Source: Verrucomicrobiota bacterium
Lineage (GTDB): Bacteria > Verrucomicrobiota > Verrucomicrobiia > Limisphaerales > CANJSG01
Assembly: GCA_038209745.1 (NCBI GenBank)
Contig: JBBQXJ010000007.1
Span: 15,037-79,036, forward strand
Direction of reading: 5' to 3'
DNA: 64,000 nt
This document shows positions 35,401-43,144 of this stretch, piece after piece (within the stretch, counting starts at the first letter, position 1; each line of letters opens with the position of its first letter). The translations under genes were made by a program, and so were the position numbers. The notes beneath the pieces were generated by a model. That model ran no database searches. It was not told where the DNA came from and was given only the letters and a program-made list of their open reading frames with translations.

Positions 35401-35571
35401 CCGGGCGATATCCGTGGCGGAAACGCCCAGCAAAGTGGCGGTCGACGGGCTTATCCGGTCGAACCGGAATTCGCCCGCAGGGGAAAGCTCCAAGCGGAAC
35501 ACCACTCCCGGCAGATCGTCGATCAGGTCGTCGGCGATCTCGGCTTCGGGGGCAGTTGCGTCGGTCTGCAT
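32476..35571 (-). CDS. Hybrid sensor histidine kinase (multiple PAS, GAF, HisKA, HATPase_c, C-terminal receiver)
   Basis: H-box LASMSHELRTPLNSVLG, then N/G boxes (NLLSNAVKFT, DTGIGI, GTGLGLALV). Receiver: ILVADDNETN...DLVLMDVQMPNKDG...TALA...KP. Start chosen at MQTDATAPE (ATG 35569-35571) to clear the upstream HAD gene. Confidence 0.9.
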   Translation of the reverse strand: MQTDATAPEAEIADDLIDDLPGVVFRLELSPAGEFRFDRISPSTATLLGVSATDIAREADVFFGRAHPDDLPGLLDSLHIAGRERSPWQWLGRLESGSRGLRWIRGQANVKTKPGGLIVFSGVLLDSTEEGEEIDHVRRSRERFELAVNGSSAGIWDWEVGSDRVYLSPRWKEMLGYSDQELLNRFDTWKELMHAEDRPRVMEAIDSYLQGRSRDFEVEYRMWHRNATCRWVLARGAALRDPSGKPYRMAGSHTDLTAWKHAEERLRLLESAIFHATDAVIITEAEPISRQEPRIVYVNEAFCRQTGYRPEEAVGKTSGMLQGPGTDQATLDQVRGALETLSQITVELLNYRKDGTDFWVEFSLVPIADKSGLFTHWVSVQRDISERKKTEAVQEAFLSLGLLLSSAASQKEAASIVANEADRILGWDAFGLMVWDAEKRLLSDVLQLELVDGNRAELPLTLNRPLSALYERVVGSGTGLLEPDERPSPGSAPGDRTMSTLLVPIRRGPEAFGLVTIRSGHHGAYRESDLVTLQAMADYAAAAIERMQAQQDLRQANESLEERVHLRTEQIELTNRLMRMEISERQRIERELETERRSLSRQVEERTRSLSQANVELAKVATLKDEFLASMSHELRTPLNSVLGLSEALLEEVYGPLTEKQRGSLNGVTESGRHLLALINDILDLSKIEAGKMKLDAELFTVRDVCESSLRFIKEIAQKKRIGVTLNIGDGVDQLTADERRVKQMLVNLLSNAVKFTPEGGRVGIDVHAVDDPAGVRFEVWDTGIGIVPSNQDKLFRSFVQLDSSLSREYCGTGLGLALVRRMAELHGGRVGLESDLGKGSRFHFFLPTVIPTSGPDDTRFVRRSTSTTSTKPEPSESVDLPQRPQTPAVPMESSLAPPGLDQPLILVADDNETNTLLLRDYLEQIGYRMIFASDGQEAVDRTIADHPDLVLMDVQMPNKDGLEAMREIRATPGVAHTPMIALTALAMSGDRERCLAAGANDYLTKPVSLKGLVLAMKRLLEKAKTAVPSA

Positions 35572-35701
35572 GTTCGGAACGGCGCGCGGAACCGACAGAC
35601 GCCACATGCGCCGACGATTCCCTGCACCGCCCTTGCATCGGCGCGAAGTTGGCGGAGTTGAGGCTTCGGCTCGTGCCGGAGGAAATGCCTCCGATCCTCG
35701 G

Positions 35702-36274
35702 TCAGACCACCGAATCGACGATCCGGACGTCGACGGCGTGCATGCCGGCGGCACGGATTCCTTGGAGCCCGAGTTCGGTGTCCTCGTAGGCGCGACAAAA
35801 CCGGGGTTCCACTCCGATACGACGGGCTGCTTCCAGAAAGATGTCGGGAGCCGGCTTTTGCCGCACCACGTCCTCGCTCGTGACCACGGCGTTGAACCAC
35901 TCCCGGATGCCGAGGTGCACGAGCACGTCGTTGATGACGTGTCGGCTGCCGCCGGAGGCGACCGCCATGGGGAGCTTGCCGAGATATTGGCGGGCGATGG
36001 CGACGACGTGTTCCACGGGCTTCACCAGGCGAAGGTTCGGGAGATAGGCCATCTCCTTCTCCTTCGCGACCGCGAGAGGGTCGAGATCGAGCCGTTGCTC
36101 GACGGCGATCATCTCGACGATGTCGCGGGTGGGCACGCCGCCGAGGGAATAGAAACGGTCCTCGGGGAAGTGGAACTTGTATTTCGCGCTGACAAACTGC
36201 CAGGCCTCCCAATGCAGCGGCATGGTGTCGGCGATGGTGCCGTCGCAGTCGAAGACGAGTCCTTGGATGGTCAT
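35702..36274 (-). CDS. HAD-IA family hydrolase (beta-phosphoglucomutase-like)
   Basis: Motif I VFDCDGTIADT and motif II AVASGG, with a DD-type motif IV region. Its ATG overlaps the prfA stop (ATGA). Confidence 0.85.
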   Translation of the reverse strand: MTIQGLVFDCDGTIADTMPLHWEAWQFVSAKYKFHFPEDRFYSLGGVPTRDIVEMIAVEQRLDLDPLAVAKEKEMAYLPNLRLVKPVEHVVAIARQYLGKLPMAVASGGSRHVINDVLVHLGIREWFNAVVTSEDVVRQKPAPDIFLEAARRIGVEPRFCRAYEDTELGLQGIRAAGMHAVDVRIVDSVV

Positions 36275-37350
36275 AGCTGCAGGGCCTTGAGCCGCTCGTC
36301 CAGATCGTTGGCCATCAGCGGCTCGATGACGTCGTCGAGGTCGCCCTCCATGAGGGCCGGAAGATTGTAGAGGGTGAGCTCGATCCGGTGGTCGGTCACC
36401 CGGTTCTGGGGAAAATTGTAGGTGCGGATCTTCTCGCTGCGTTCGCCGGTGCCGACCTGCTGGGAACGCTGGCTCTCATACTTGGCCTTCTCCTCGGCGA
36501 CCTTCCGCTCCAACAGCCGCGACCGCAGCACGGTCATGGCCTGGGCCCTGTTCTTGATCTGCGACCGTTCATCGGCGCACCGCACGATCATGCCCGTCGG
36601 CTTGTAGATGATCTGGACGGCGGAGTCGGTCGTGTTCACGCCCTGCCCGCCCTTGCCCGAGGCGCGGCAGACGTTGACCTCGATGTCCTCGGGCCTGATC
36701 TCGACATCCACCTCCTCGGCCTCCGGCAGCACCGCGACAGTGGCGGTGCTGGTGTGGATACGGCCTTGGGCCTCCGTGGCCGGCACACGCTGCACCCGGT
36801 GCACGCCGCTCTCGTATTTCAACCGCTTGAAGACGTCGTCGCCCTTTATGTTGACGACGATCTCCTTGAGCCCGCCGAGATCCGACGCGCTGGAATCCAT
36901 CGGCTCGATCTTCCAGCCGCGCGCCTCGGCATAGCGGGAATACATCCGGTAGAGAGCCGCCACGAAAAGAGCGGATTCCGACCCGCCGGCACCGGCGCGG
37001 ATCTCGAAGATCGTGTTCCGCGAATCGGTCTGGTCCGGCGGCACCAGGCCACGCATGACGACGAGCTCCAGCCTCGGCGCCAACTCCTCCAACCGCGCGA
37101 TTTCTTCCCGCGCCATGAGCGCCATTTCAGAACCCTCGGGCTCGGACTCGAACAGCGCGCGGTTCTCGGAAAGTTCTGCCTTCGCCTTGAGAAACGCGTT
37201 CCCGCTGGAGACCAGCTCCTTCAGCCGCGAATACTCCCGGGTCAGCTCCTGGCCGCGCTGCGCGTTGTCGAAGGCCGACGGATCCGACAAGGCCGATTCC
37301 ACTTCGGCGAAGCGGCGGGCAAATTTGTCGATGTGGGGTTGAAGATCCAT
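36271..37350 (-). CDS. prfA: Peptide chain release factor 1
   Basis: GGQ motif (SGKGGQGVNTTDSAV), RF1-specific PAT tripeptide (RVPATEAQGRIHTS), 359 aa. Confidence 0.95.
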   Translation of the reverse strand: MDLQPHIDKFARRFAEVESALSDPSAFDNAQRGQELTREYSRLKELVSSGNAFLKAKAELSENRALFESEPEGSEMALMAREEIARLEELAPRLELVVMRGLVPPDQTDSRNTIFEIRAGAGGSESALFVAALYRMYSRYAEARGWKIEPMDSSASDLGGLKEIVVNIKGDDVFKRLKYESGVHRVQRVPATEAQGRIHTSTATVAVLPEAEEVDVEIRPEDIEVNVCRASGKGGQGVNTTDSAVQIIYKPTGMIVRCADERSQIKNRAQAMTVLRSRLLERKVAEEKAKYESQRSQQVGTGERSEKIRTYNFPQNRVTDHRIELTLYNLPALMEGDLDDVIEPLMANDLDERLKALQL

Positions 37351-37411
37351 GGAGTGGGGTTCCTACCAGCGGTCAGAATCGTTGCTCCGCCCCGCGAAGT
37401 TCCCGACCGTC

Positions 37412-37456
37412 ACCAAAACGCAAAACCGCCCGCCTACCTCGGAAGAGGCGGGCGGG
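37412..37456 (-). terminator. Rho-independent terminator after rpmE
   Basis: Minus strand: CCGCCCGCCU-(10 nt)-AGGCGGGCGG followed by UUUUGCGUUUUGG, 18 nt after the rpmE stop. Confidence 0.75.
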
Positions 37457-37473
37457 CGGTCGGATGAAAAGGG

Positions 37474-37728
37474 CTACTTGCGCTTCTTCTTGGTGGTCGC
37501 GGCCTCGGCGGCGGCGGCCTGAACGGCCTGGGTCTTGGCCAAGCGCTGCTGGAACTTGTCGACGCGTCCGGCGGTATCCACGAACTTCTGCGTTCCGGTG
37601 TAGAACGGATGGCAGGCGTTGCAGATGCCGACCACCATCGACTTCTTCACCGATCGGGTGTGAATCACATTGCCACAGGCACAACGGATCTCGGCGTCCT
37701 GGTAGTTCGGATGAATGTCAGCTTTCAT
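37474..37728 (-). CDS. rpmE: 50S ribosomal protein L31
   Basis: [27 protein letters not shown]...[27 protein letters not shown] at 37726-37728. Confidence 0.95.
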   Translation of the reverse strand: MKADIHPNYQDAEIRCACGNVIHTRSVKKSMVVGICNACHPFYTGTQKFVDTAGRVDKFQQRLAKTQAVQAAAAEAATTKKKRK

Positions 37729-38004
37729 AGCAAAGGCCGGCGAAAGTAGCAGTGACCGCGCCCCTGACAAGAGCAATTTTTGCCGAACGACCGCACAGCA
37801 GGGTTCTGCCAACGATTCCGGGCGTCCAGCGGGACCCCCGACACCTTCGGAAGTTCTCGATCAAGTGGGGCAGCGATCCCCTGATACCGACTACGGAAGG
37901 GGGTTGAAAAAACCGCAGGCACCCCCTCATGCAGTTTACTCTCGTAGTTCGTATGAGAGATTCCGCTGTGGTGATTCGCCAGCAACCCCCGGTAGCCTGC
38001 GGGC

Positions 38005-38733
38005 GTGGTCGAGAACGAGCCAAAGCCCCACCCCGTCGCCGTGGTCACCGGAGCCGCCGGTGGGCTGGGCCGCGCGTTGGTCGGGGAATTCCTCCGCACG
38101 GGCTGGAGAGTGGCCGCCGCATCCCATCGCCCGGCCGACTGGGAAGCCCACGTCGCGCTCCTGCCCCTGACGGTCGACGTCACCTCGAAGGAGGCCGTGG
38201 TCGCCGGCATGAAGTCCGTGACCGACCGGTGGGACCGCATCGACTGTCTCGTGAACAATGCGGGCGTTGCGCTCGACGATTCCGTGGTGCGCCTCTCAGA
38301 CGAGGACTGGCAACGGGTCTGCGACGTCAATCTCAAGGGCGCTTTCCTCTGCTCGCAGGCCGTGTCGCGCGGCATGGGCTCCGCCAAGAACGGCAGCATC
38401 GTCAACCTCGCCTCCTTCGCGGCCCGCCAGGGCACCCGGGGTCAACCCGCCTATGCCGCCGCCAAGGCGGGACTCATCGGCTTCACCCAGTCGCTGGCGC
38501 GCGAACTCGGCTCACGGAACGTCCGGGTCAACGCCGTCCTCCCCGGCGTCCTGCCCACCGGGATGACCGCCTCCCTGTCCCCAGACCAATGGCAATCGCT
38601 GGCCGGCACGAACGTCCTCGGCCGCGTCGGAACCTTGGAAGAAGCGGCTCGGTTCATCGTGTTCCTCGCCGGGATGCAGCATGTCTCGGGGCAGGTTTTC
38701 CAACTCGACAGCCGGATCGGGCGGTGGACGTGA
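38005..38733 (+). CDS. Short-chain dehydrogenase/reductase (FabG-like)
   Basis: GTG start. Cofactor motif VVTGAAGGLGRAL, NNAG, and catalytic YAAAKAG. Confidence 0.85.
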   Translation: MVENEPKPHPVAVVTGAAGGLGRALVGEFLRTGWRVAAASHRPADWEAHVALLPLTVDVTSKEAVVAGMKSVTDRWDRIDCLVNNAGVALDDSVVRLSDEDWQRVCDVNLKGAFLCSQAVSRGMGSAKNGSIVNLASFAARQGTRGQPAYAAAKAGLIGFTQSLARELGSRNVRVNAVLPGVLPTGMTASLSPDQWQSLAGTNVLGRVGTLEEAARFIVFLAGMQHVSGQVFQLDSRIGRWT

Positions 38734-38821
38734 AGCAGACGCGGCATCCCAGTTTTCCCGAGCCTCAAACCGAACCGACCATCGCATTGATGCCCCTCTC
38801 CTGTCTGACTTCTCTCCGACG

Positions 38822-40204
38822 ATGAACGCCACTTTGCGCCGCGCCCTTGCCCAACTCGCCCGCCAGATGCCCGCCGGAGAACTGCTCCGCGACGAGGCTT
38901 CTTTGCTCAAGTTTTCCGGCGACAAATGGTTCGCCACCGCCCGGCCCGACGCCGTCGCGTTGCCTTCGTCCACCGCCGCCGTCTCCAAGGTCCTCGCGTT
39001 CGCCACGAAGCATCGGATTCCCGTCACGCCGCGCGGCGCCGGCTATGGCTACGTCGGCGGCTGCGTTCCGGTGCAGGGCGGCATCGTGCTTTCGCTGGAG
39101 GAGATGGACCGCGTGCTGGAGATCAACGACCGCGACTTCGTGGCCGTCGTCCAACCCGGCTTGATCACCGCCACGCTCCAGAAAGCCGTCGAGAAGAAGC
39201 GCCTGTTCTATCCGCCGGATCCCGCCAGCCGCGCCGACTGTTCCATCGGCGGCAACATCGCCACCAACGCCGGCGGGCCGCGCTGCCTGAAATACGGCGT
39301 CACCCGCGACTACGTCCTCGGCCTCGAAGTCGTCCTGGCCGACGGCACCGTCACGCGGCTCGGCGGCCGCGCGCACAAGAACAAGACCGGCTTCGATCTG
39401 CACCGCCTCTTCGTCGGCAGCGAGGGGATGCTGGGCATCGTGACGGAGGCCACCTTGAAGCTCCTGCCGTTGCCGCCGTATCGCGCCCTGCTCGGCGTCG
39501 GCTTCAACACCATGCGCGGCTGCACCCGCGCCATCCGTGCGATCCTCCGCGCCGGATTCCTGCCCTGCGCGCTGGAGATGGCCGACCAGTTCACCCTCGC
39601 CGCCGCCCGCAAACGCACCGGCAGCAAACGCCTCGAAGGCTCGAACGCCATGCTCTTCGTCGAGCTCGACGGACAGGAACGTTCCGTGCGCGGCGAGCTG
39701 GAGGATCTGGAAAAGCTGGTCAAGCCGCTGAAGCCCGTCTTCGTCGACCGCGCCTTCGGCCCGGCGGAAGTGGAGAAGCTCTGGGGCCTGCGCCGCGAAT
39801 TCTCCTACTCACTGCGCGACACCGGTCTGACCAAGCTGAACGAGGACATCGTGGTCCCGCGCGGCAAACTGGAGGAACTGATCGCCTTCGCGGAAGGCCT
39901 CCAGAAGAAGCACGGACTGCCGGTCGCGTGTTTCGGCCACGCCGGCGACGGCAACATCCACGTCAACGTGATGGTCGATTTTACCCAGCCCTTCGCCAAG
40001 GAACGCAGCGAAGCCGCGCTCGACGAACTCTTCTCCCAGATCGTCGCCTGGGGCGGTGCGGTCACCGGCGAACACGGCATCGGCCTGGCCAAGAAACCGT
40101 GGTGGCCGCTGGCCGCCGATGAATCCGTCCGCGCCCTTCACCAGACGGTGAAGAACGCCCTCGATCCCCTGCGTCTCCAGAACCCCGGCAAGTTCCTCGG
40201 CTGA
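38822..40204 (+). CDS. FAD-linked oxidase (GlcD / D-lactate dehydrogenase family)
   Basis: Start MNATLRRALA (ATG 38822). FAD_binding_4 segments are present (PVTPRGAGYGYVGG, NAGGPRCLKYGVTRDYVLGLEVVLADG). C-terminal GHAGDGNIHVN ... TGEHGIG. Confidence 0.85.
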   Translation: MNATLRRALAQLARQMPAGELLRDEASLLKFSGDKWFATARPDAVALPSSTAAVSKVLAFATKHRIPVTPRGAGYGYVGGCVPVQGGIVLSLEEMDRVLEINDRDFVAVVQPGLITATLQKAVEKKRLFYPPDPASRADCSIGGNIATNAGGPRCLKYGVTRDYVLGLEVVLADGTVTRLGGRAHKNKTGFDLHRLFVGSEGMLGIVTEATLKLLPLPPYRALLGVGFNTMRGCTRAIRAILRAGFLPCALEMADQFTLAAARKRTGSKRLEGSNAMLFVELDGQERSVRGELEDLEKLVKPLKPVFVDRAFGPAEVEKLWGLRREFSYSLRDTGLTKLNEDIVVPRGKLEELIAFAEGLQKKHGLPVACFGHAGDGNIHVNVMVDFTQPFAKERSEAALDELFSQIVAWGGAVTGEHGIGLAKKPWWPLAADESVRALHQTVKNALDPLRLQNPGKFLG

Positions 40205-40227
40205 ACGCCAAGACCACGGAAGGGGTG

Positions 40228-40407
40228 CGGTCGGAGCGATGCAGTGGAAATGAATGGGGATCGCAGCCGCCCCGGCTGCCGGACTCGGACGCGGTCCGGA
40301 CCCAGCAGCCGATATATCGTTTCCTGCGCCTATCGTTGGACCGCGAGGGCGCGTTCCACTGCGCCCGGGGCGCGCGCCCCCAGCCCCACTGCTTCGCTCC
40401 GGCTCAG
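40228..40407 (-). repeat. ~180-bp repeat element copy B (inverted relative to copy A)
   Basis: The reverse complement reads CTGAGCCGGAGCGAAGCAGTGGGGCTGGGGG...GGCGCAGGAAACGAT...AGCCGGGGCGGCTGCGATCCCCATT...CACTGCATCGCTCCGACCG. It is colinear with 26290-26468, roughly four fifths identical by eye, and has its own terminal inverted repeats. Confidence 0.75.
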
Positions 40408-40952
40408 TGCCGCAGAATCTGGAAGGTCGTGTCAAACCACAGCCCGGCATAGTCGAACTGCATGGTCCCCTCTTCGAAGCTCGCCCCGAACCACGTCACC
40501 GCGTTCCGGTTCCCGGTCAGGCCGAGGACCTCCTGGAACATCGCCGCGTCCAGCGCCAGGACCGAGTAGCGCCCGCGCCGCAGGTCATGTTTGGCCATCA
40601 AGCGGATCATTTCCTCGGCGGATTCGAGCGACGGCGTGACCACCCACAAGTCCGCCTCCGGACACTTCACCGCCAGCTTCTCCAGCTTGTTGACGCCGCA
40701 CTCGCCACACTCCACCCAGAGCTTCATCCGCATCTCGTAGTCGAGTTGGCTGAGGTCCGGCACGAAGGGCACCGCGTCGTCCGGCACCCGCGCGTCGATG
40801 CGGAGACGCTCCCGGAAGAAGAGCATGAAACCCATCACCTTCAGGAGCACGTGGACCAGCGTCTGTTTGTCCCGTCGGCCGATGATGATCGACTGCGGCA
40901 GGTCCCGCTTCTTGTCCCGGCTCTCGATGGCGAAGCTGAATTTGTGGCTCAT
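40404..40952 (-). CDS. YaeQ-like (PD-(D/E)XK-fold) protein, distant
   Basis: 182 aa. The layout resembles YaeQ: N-terminal beta segment, LLKVMGFMLF, then D..PDL...D......LWVECGE....KLEKA....A.V.V. Weak by-eye call. Confidence 0.45.
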   Translation of the reverse strand: MSHKFSFAIESRDKKRDLPQSIIIGRRDKQTLVHVLLKVMGFMLFFRERLRIDARVPDDAVPFVPDLSQLDYEMRMKLWVECGECGVNKLEKLAVKCPEADLWVVTPSLESAEEMIRLMAKHDLRRGRYSVLALDAAMFQEVLGLTGNRNAVTWFGASFEEGTMQFDYAGLWFDTTFQILRH

Positions 40953-40971
40953 CGGCTCCGGAAGGTTGCAT

Positions 40972-42240
40972 TCACGGCAACACCTGCACCGGCGTCTCGA
41001 TCCCTACCATCCGCAGCAGGTGCAGCGCGTTCCAGTTCGCCAACCGGAAACACCCGTGCGACTCGGTGCGTCCGACCTGCTCCGGCGAAGGCGTGCCGTG
41101 GATGCCGTAGCCGGGCCGGTCCAACCCGACCCAGGCAAGTCCCACCGGGTTGTTCGGCCCCGGCGGTATGATCAACTTCCGGCCCAGTTGCTGCGCCTCC
41201 GCGGATTCCGGAAACACCTCCGGATTCATCGTGTAGTTCGGGTCCGGAATGGCCACGGCCACGTGCAGCTCGCCCACCGGCCGCTTGTCCACCCGGGCCG
41301 CGATGCTGCAGGGGAAATGCGCCACCAACCGGCCATGGTCGTCGAAGGCTTCCAACGCCCGCGCGCCCAGTTCGATGCGGATCACGGCCACCCGCCCGGA
41401 CACCGGCGGCGGCTCCACGGCGGGAATCACCAGGGGCGTCCCCGGCGCGACGTTGTCCCAGTCGATCGCGGGATTCAGCCGCTGGACAAGGGTCGGAGAA
41501 CTCCACGCCTTCTCGGCCACCTTTTCCAAAAGCGTCTCGTAGGCCATGGACGTTTGTTGCGACTTCCCGAGCCACGTCTTGCTGATCGGCTGCAAGTCCG
41601 CCAAGTCGCCGGGCTGCACCGTCCAGACCGTGTAGATCGGCTCGCGCACCGGAAGCCGGGCACGGGTCGCGGCATCCAGTTCGCCCGACTGCGACAAGCC
41701 CTGTTGCCGTTGGAAGGCAAGGAGAGCCGCCCGCGTCTGGCCACCGGAAACGCCGTCGATCGAGCCCGGAGAAAACCCGCGCCGCGCCAACGCCAACTGG
41801 GTCTCGAAAGGGTTCTGCACTGGGCGGAAGCCGGCCCACTGGATCCCTCCCGAGGCCAGAGGCGGAGCCGGATCGGTGACCACGGTTCGCACGGCCGGTT
41901 CCGGCTGCGGCAAAGGAGCGACGTCGTGGCTTGGCGCAGCCGAAGTCGCGGGCCGCTGCGGAGGCGGCACCGGAAGGAACGTGTTGGTCACGATGACCAC
42001 CACGCCGTTGCTGCGAAAGGCCCGCAGAACCGGAGTCGGCTGGAGCGTCGCCGGCCGGGCGCTGCCGGGCGCCGGGACCGTCGTGCGGGCCGGGCCAGGA
42101 GACGTCGCGAGCTTCTGCTGCTGCCTCCACCACCACCAGGCGCCATAGGCCAGTCCGGCAACGAGGATCAACCCGCCCAGCGTCCGGAGAATGCCTCCAT
42201 GTTGGCGGGACCTGCGGGCTGACACGTTCAATCGCACCAT
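40972..42240 (-). CDS. L,D-transpeptidase (YkuD) with peptidoglycan-binding domain
   Basis: PG_binding_1 (GVSGGQTRAALLAFQRQQGLSQSGELD) and the YkuD catalytic region GIHGTPSPEQVGRTESHGCFRLANW. N-terminal TM anchor. Confidence 0.85.
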   Translation of the reverse strand: MVRLNVSARRSRQHGGILRTLGGLILVAGLAYGAWWWWRQQQKLATSPGPARTTVPAPGSARPATLQPTPVLRAFRSNGVVVIVTNTFLPVPPPQRPATSAAPSHDVAPLPQPEPAVRTVVTDPAPPLASGGIQWAGFRPVQNPFETQLALARRGFSPGSIDGVSGGQTRAALLAFQRQQGLSQSGELDAATRARLPVREPIYTVWTVQPGDLADLQPISKTWLGKSQQTSMAYETLLEKVAEKAWSSPTLVQRLNPAIDWDNVAPGTPLVIPAVEPPPVSGRVAVIRIELGARALEAFDDHGRLVAHFPCSIAARVDKRPVGELHVAVAIPDPNYTMNPEVFPESAEAQQLGRKLIIPPGPNNPVGLAWVGLDRPGYGIHGTPSPEQVGRTESHGCFRLANWNALHLLRMVGIETPVQVLP

Positions 42241-42330
42241 GCAGATGTAGCCGAATCCGACGATTCAGACCAAGAGGAACGTGGCGGGCGGCAAGCTGAC
42301 GGGCAGCCAAGGCAGCTGGCCAACCCGCGT

Positions 42331-43092
42331 TCACCGCACCCGAATCCGGGCACGAGAGCGGCACGGAGAAGCAGGAAGCCTGATGGCACCAAGGCCACCA
42401 AACACGGCCACGGGCAGCCACCAGCGCCTGGGTTCCGTCGGATTAGGGGTGTTGGAAGCGACAACCTTGGTAGCAGGTTCGCCTCCTTTTGGGCCCAAAG
42501 AAACACGGATTCCGGGGATAGCTGTGGCTTGCAAAAACGGGCGGTCTTCAGGATGGGATCGATGCCAGTCGTCATTGGTCTTGCTCAAAAAAGCCTCCGC
42601 CGTTTCGATGATGTCGCTGCGGATCGCTGAGAGCATTGGTTCAGGAAGTGGAATCTCTCCGCCTGCTTCTGCGAACACCCACTGCACCTTGGCTTCCGGC
42701 AGAAAAAGGCCATCCGCACCAGTCTGAGCCGCCACGACACAGATCTCTCCAAGCTGGCTTCTCCTAGATCAATCGGCTGGGCGGAGATCATCAGGATGCG
42801 GTATCGGGCTCCACCCGGAAGAGCCGAAATCAAAGGCGCCTTCACTCCATCCGACAGGAATACATATTTCCAGAAAGATGAATTTGGGAATCTCGTGGAG
42901 CGGTTTCTACAACCATGGAGCCAGGCCTGAATGGGAGAAGAAGCCGAGGCGGTCGTGGGGCGAGATGGAGGCGAAGGCGGTGTCGCCGTCCGGGAGGAGT
43001 TCGTCGGCGGTGCGCAAATCATCCTAGACTTCCCGGCAGAGCAAACCAACGTCTTCATCCGGGCCAGCAAGATCCCGTGAAACCGTTCCGCG
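42331..43092 (-). pseudogene. Decayed gene of unknown family: a single reading frame interrupted by three in-frame stops
   Basis: One minus-strand frame stays protein-like over about 254 codons. It carries TAG at 43024-43026, TAG at 42907-42909 and TGA at 42769-42771. GC is locally depressed. Only the last segment (42331..42735, GTG) is in the ORF track. Confidence 0.45.
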
Positions 43093-43144
43093 TCACCCCA
43101 AAACCTCCACTTGGACTGCGGCGCGGCCTCGCTATGGTCCGCGC

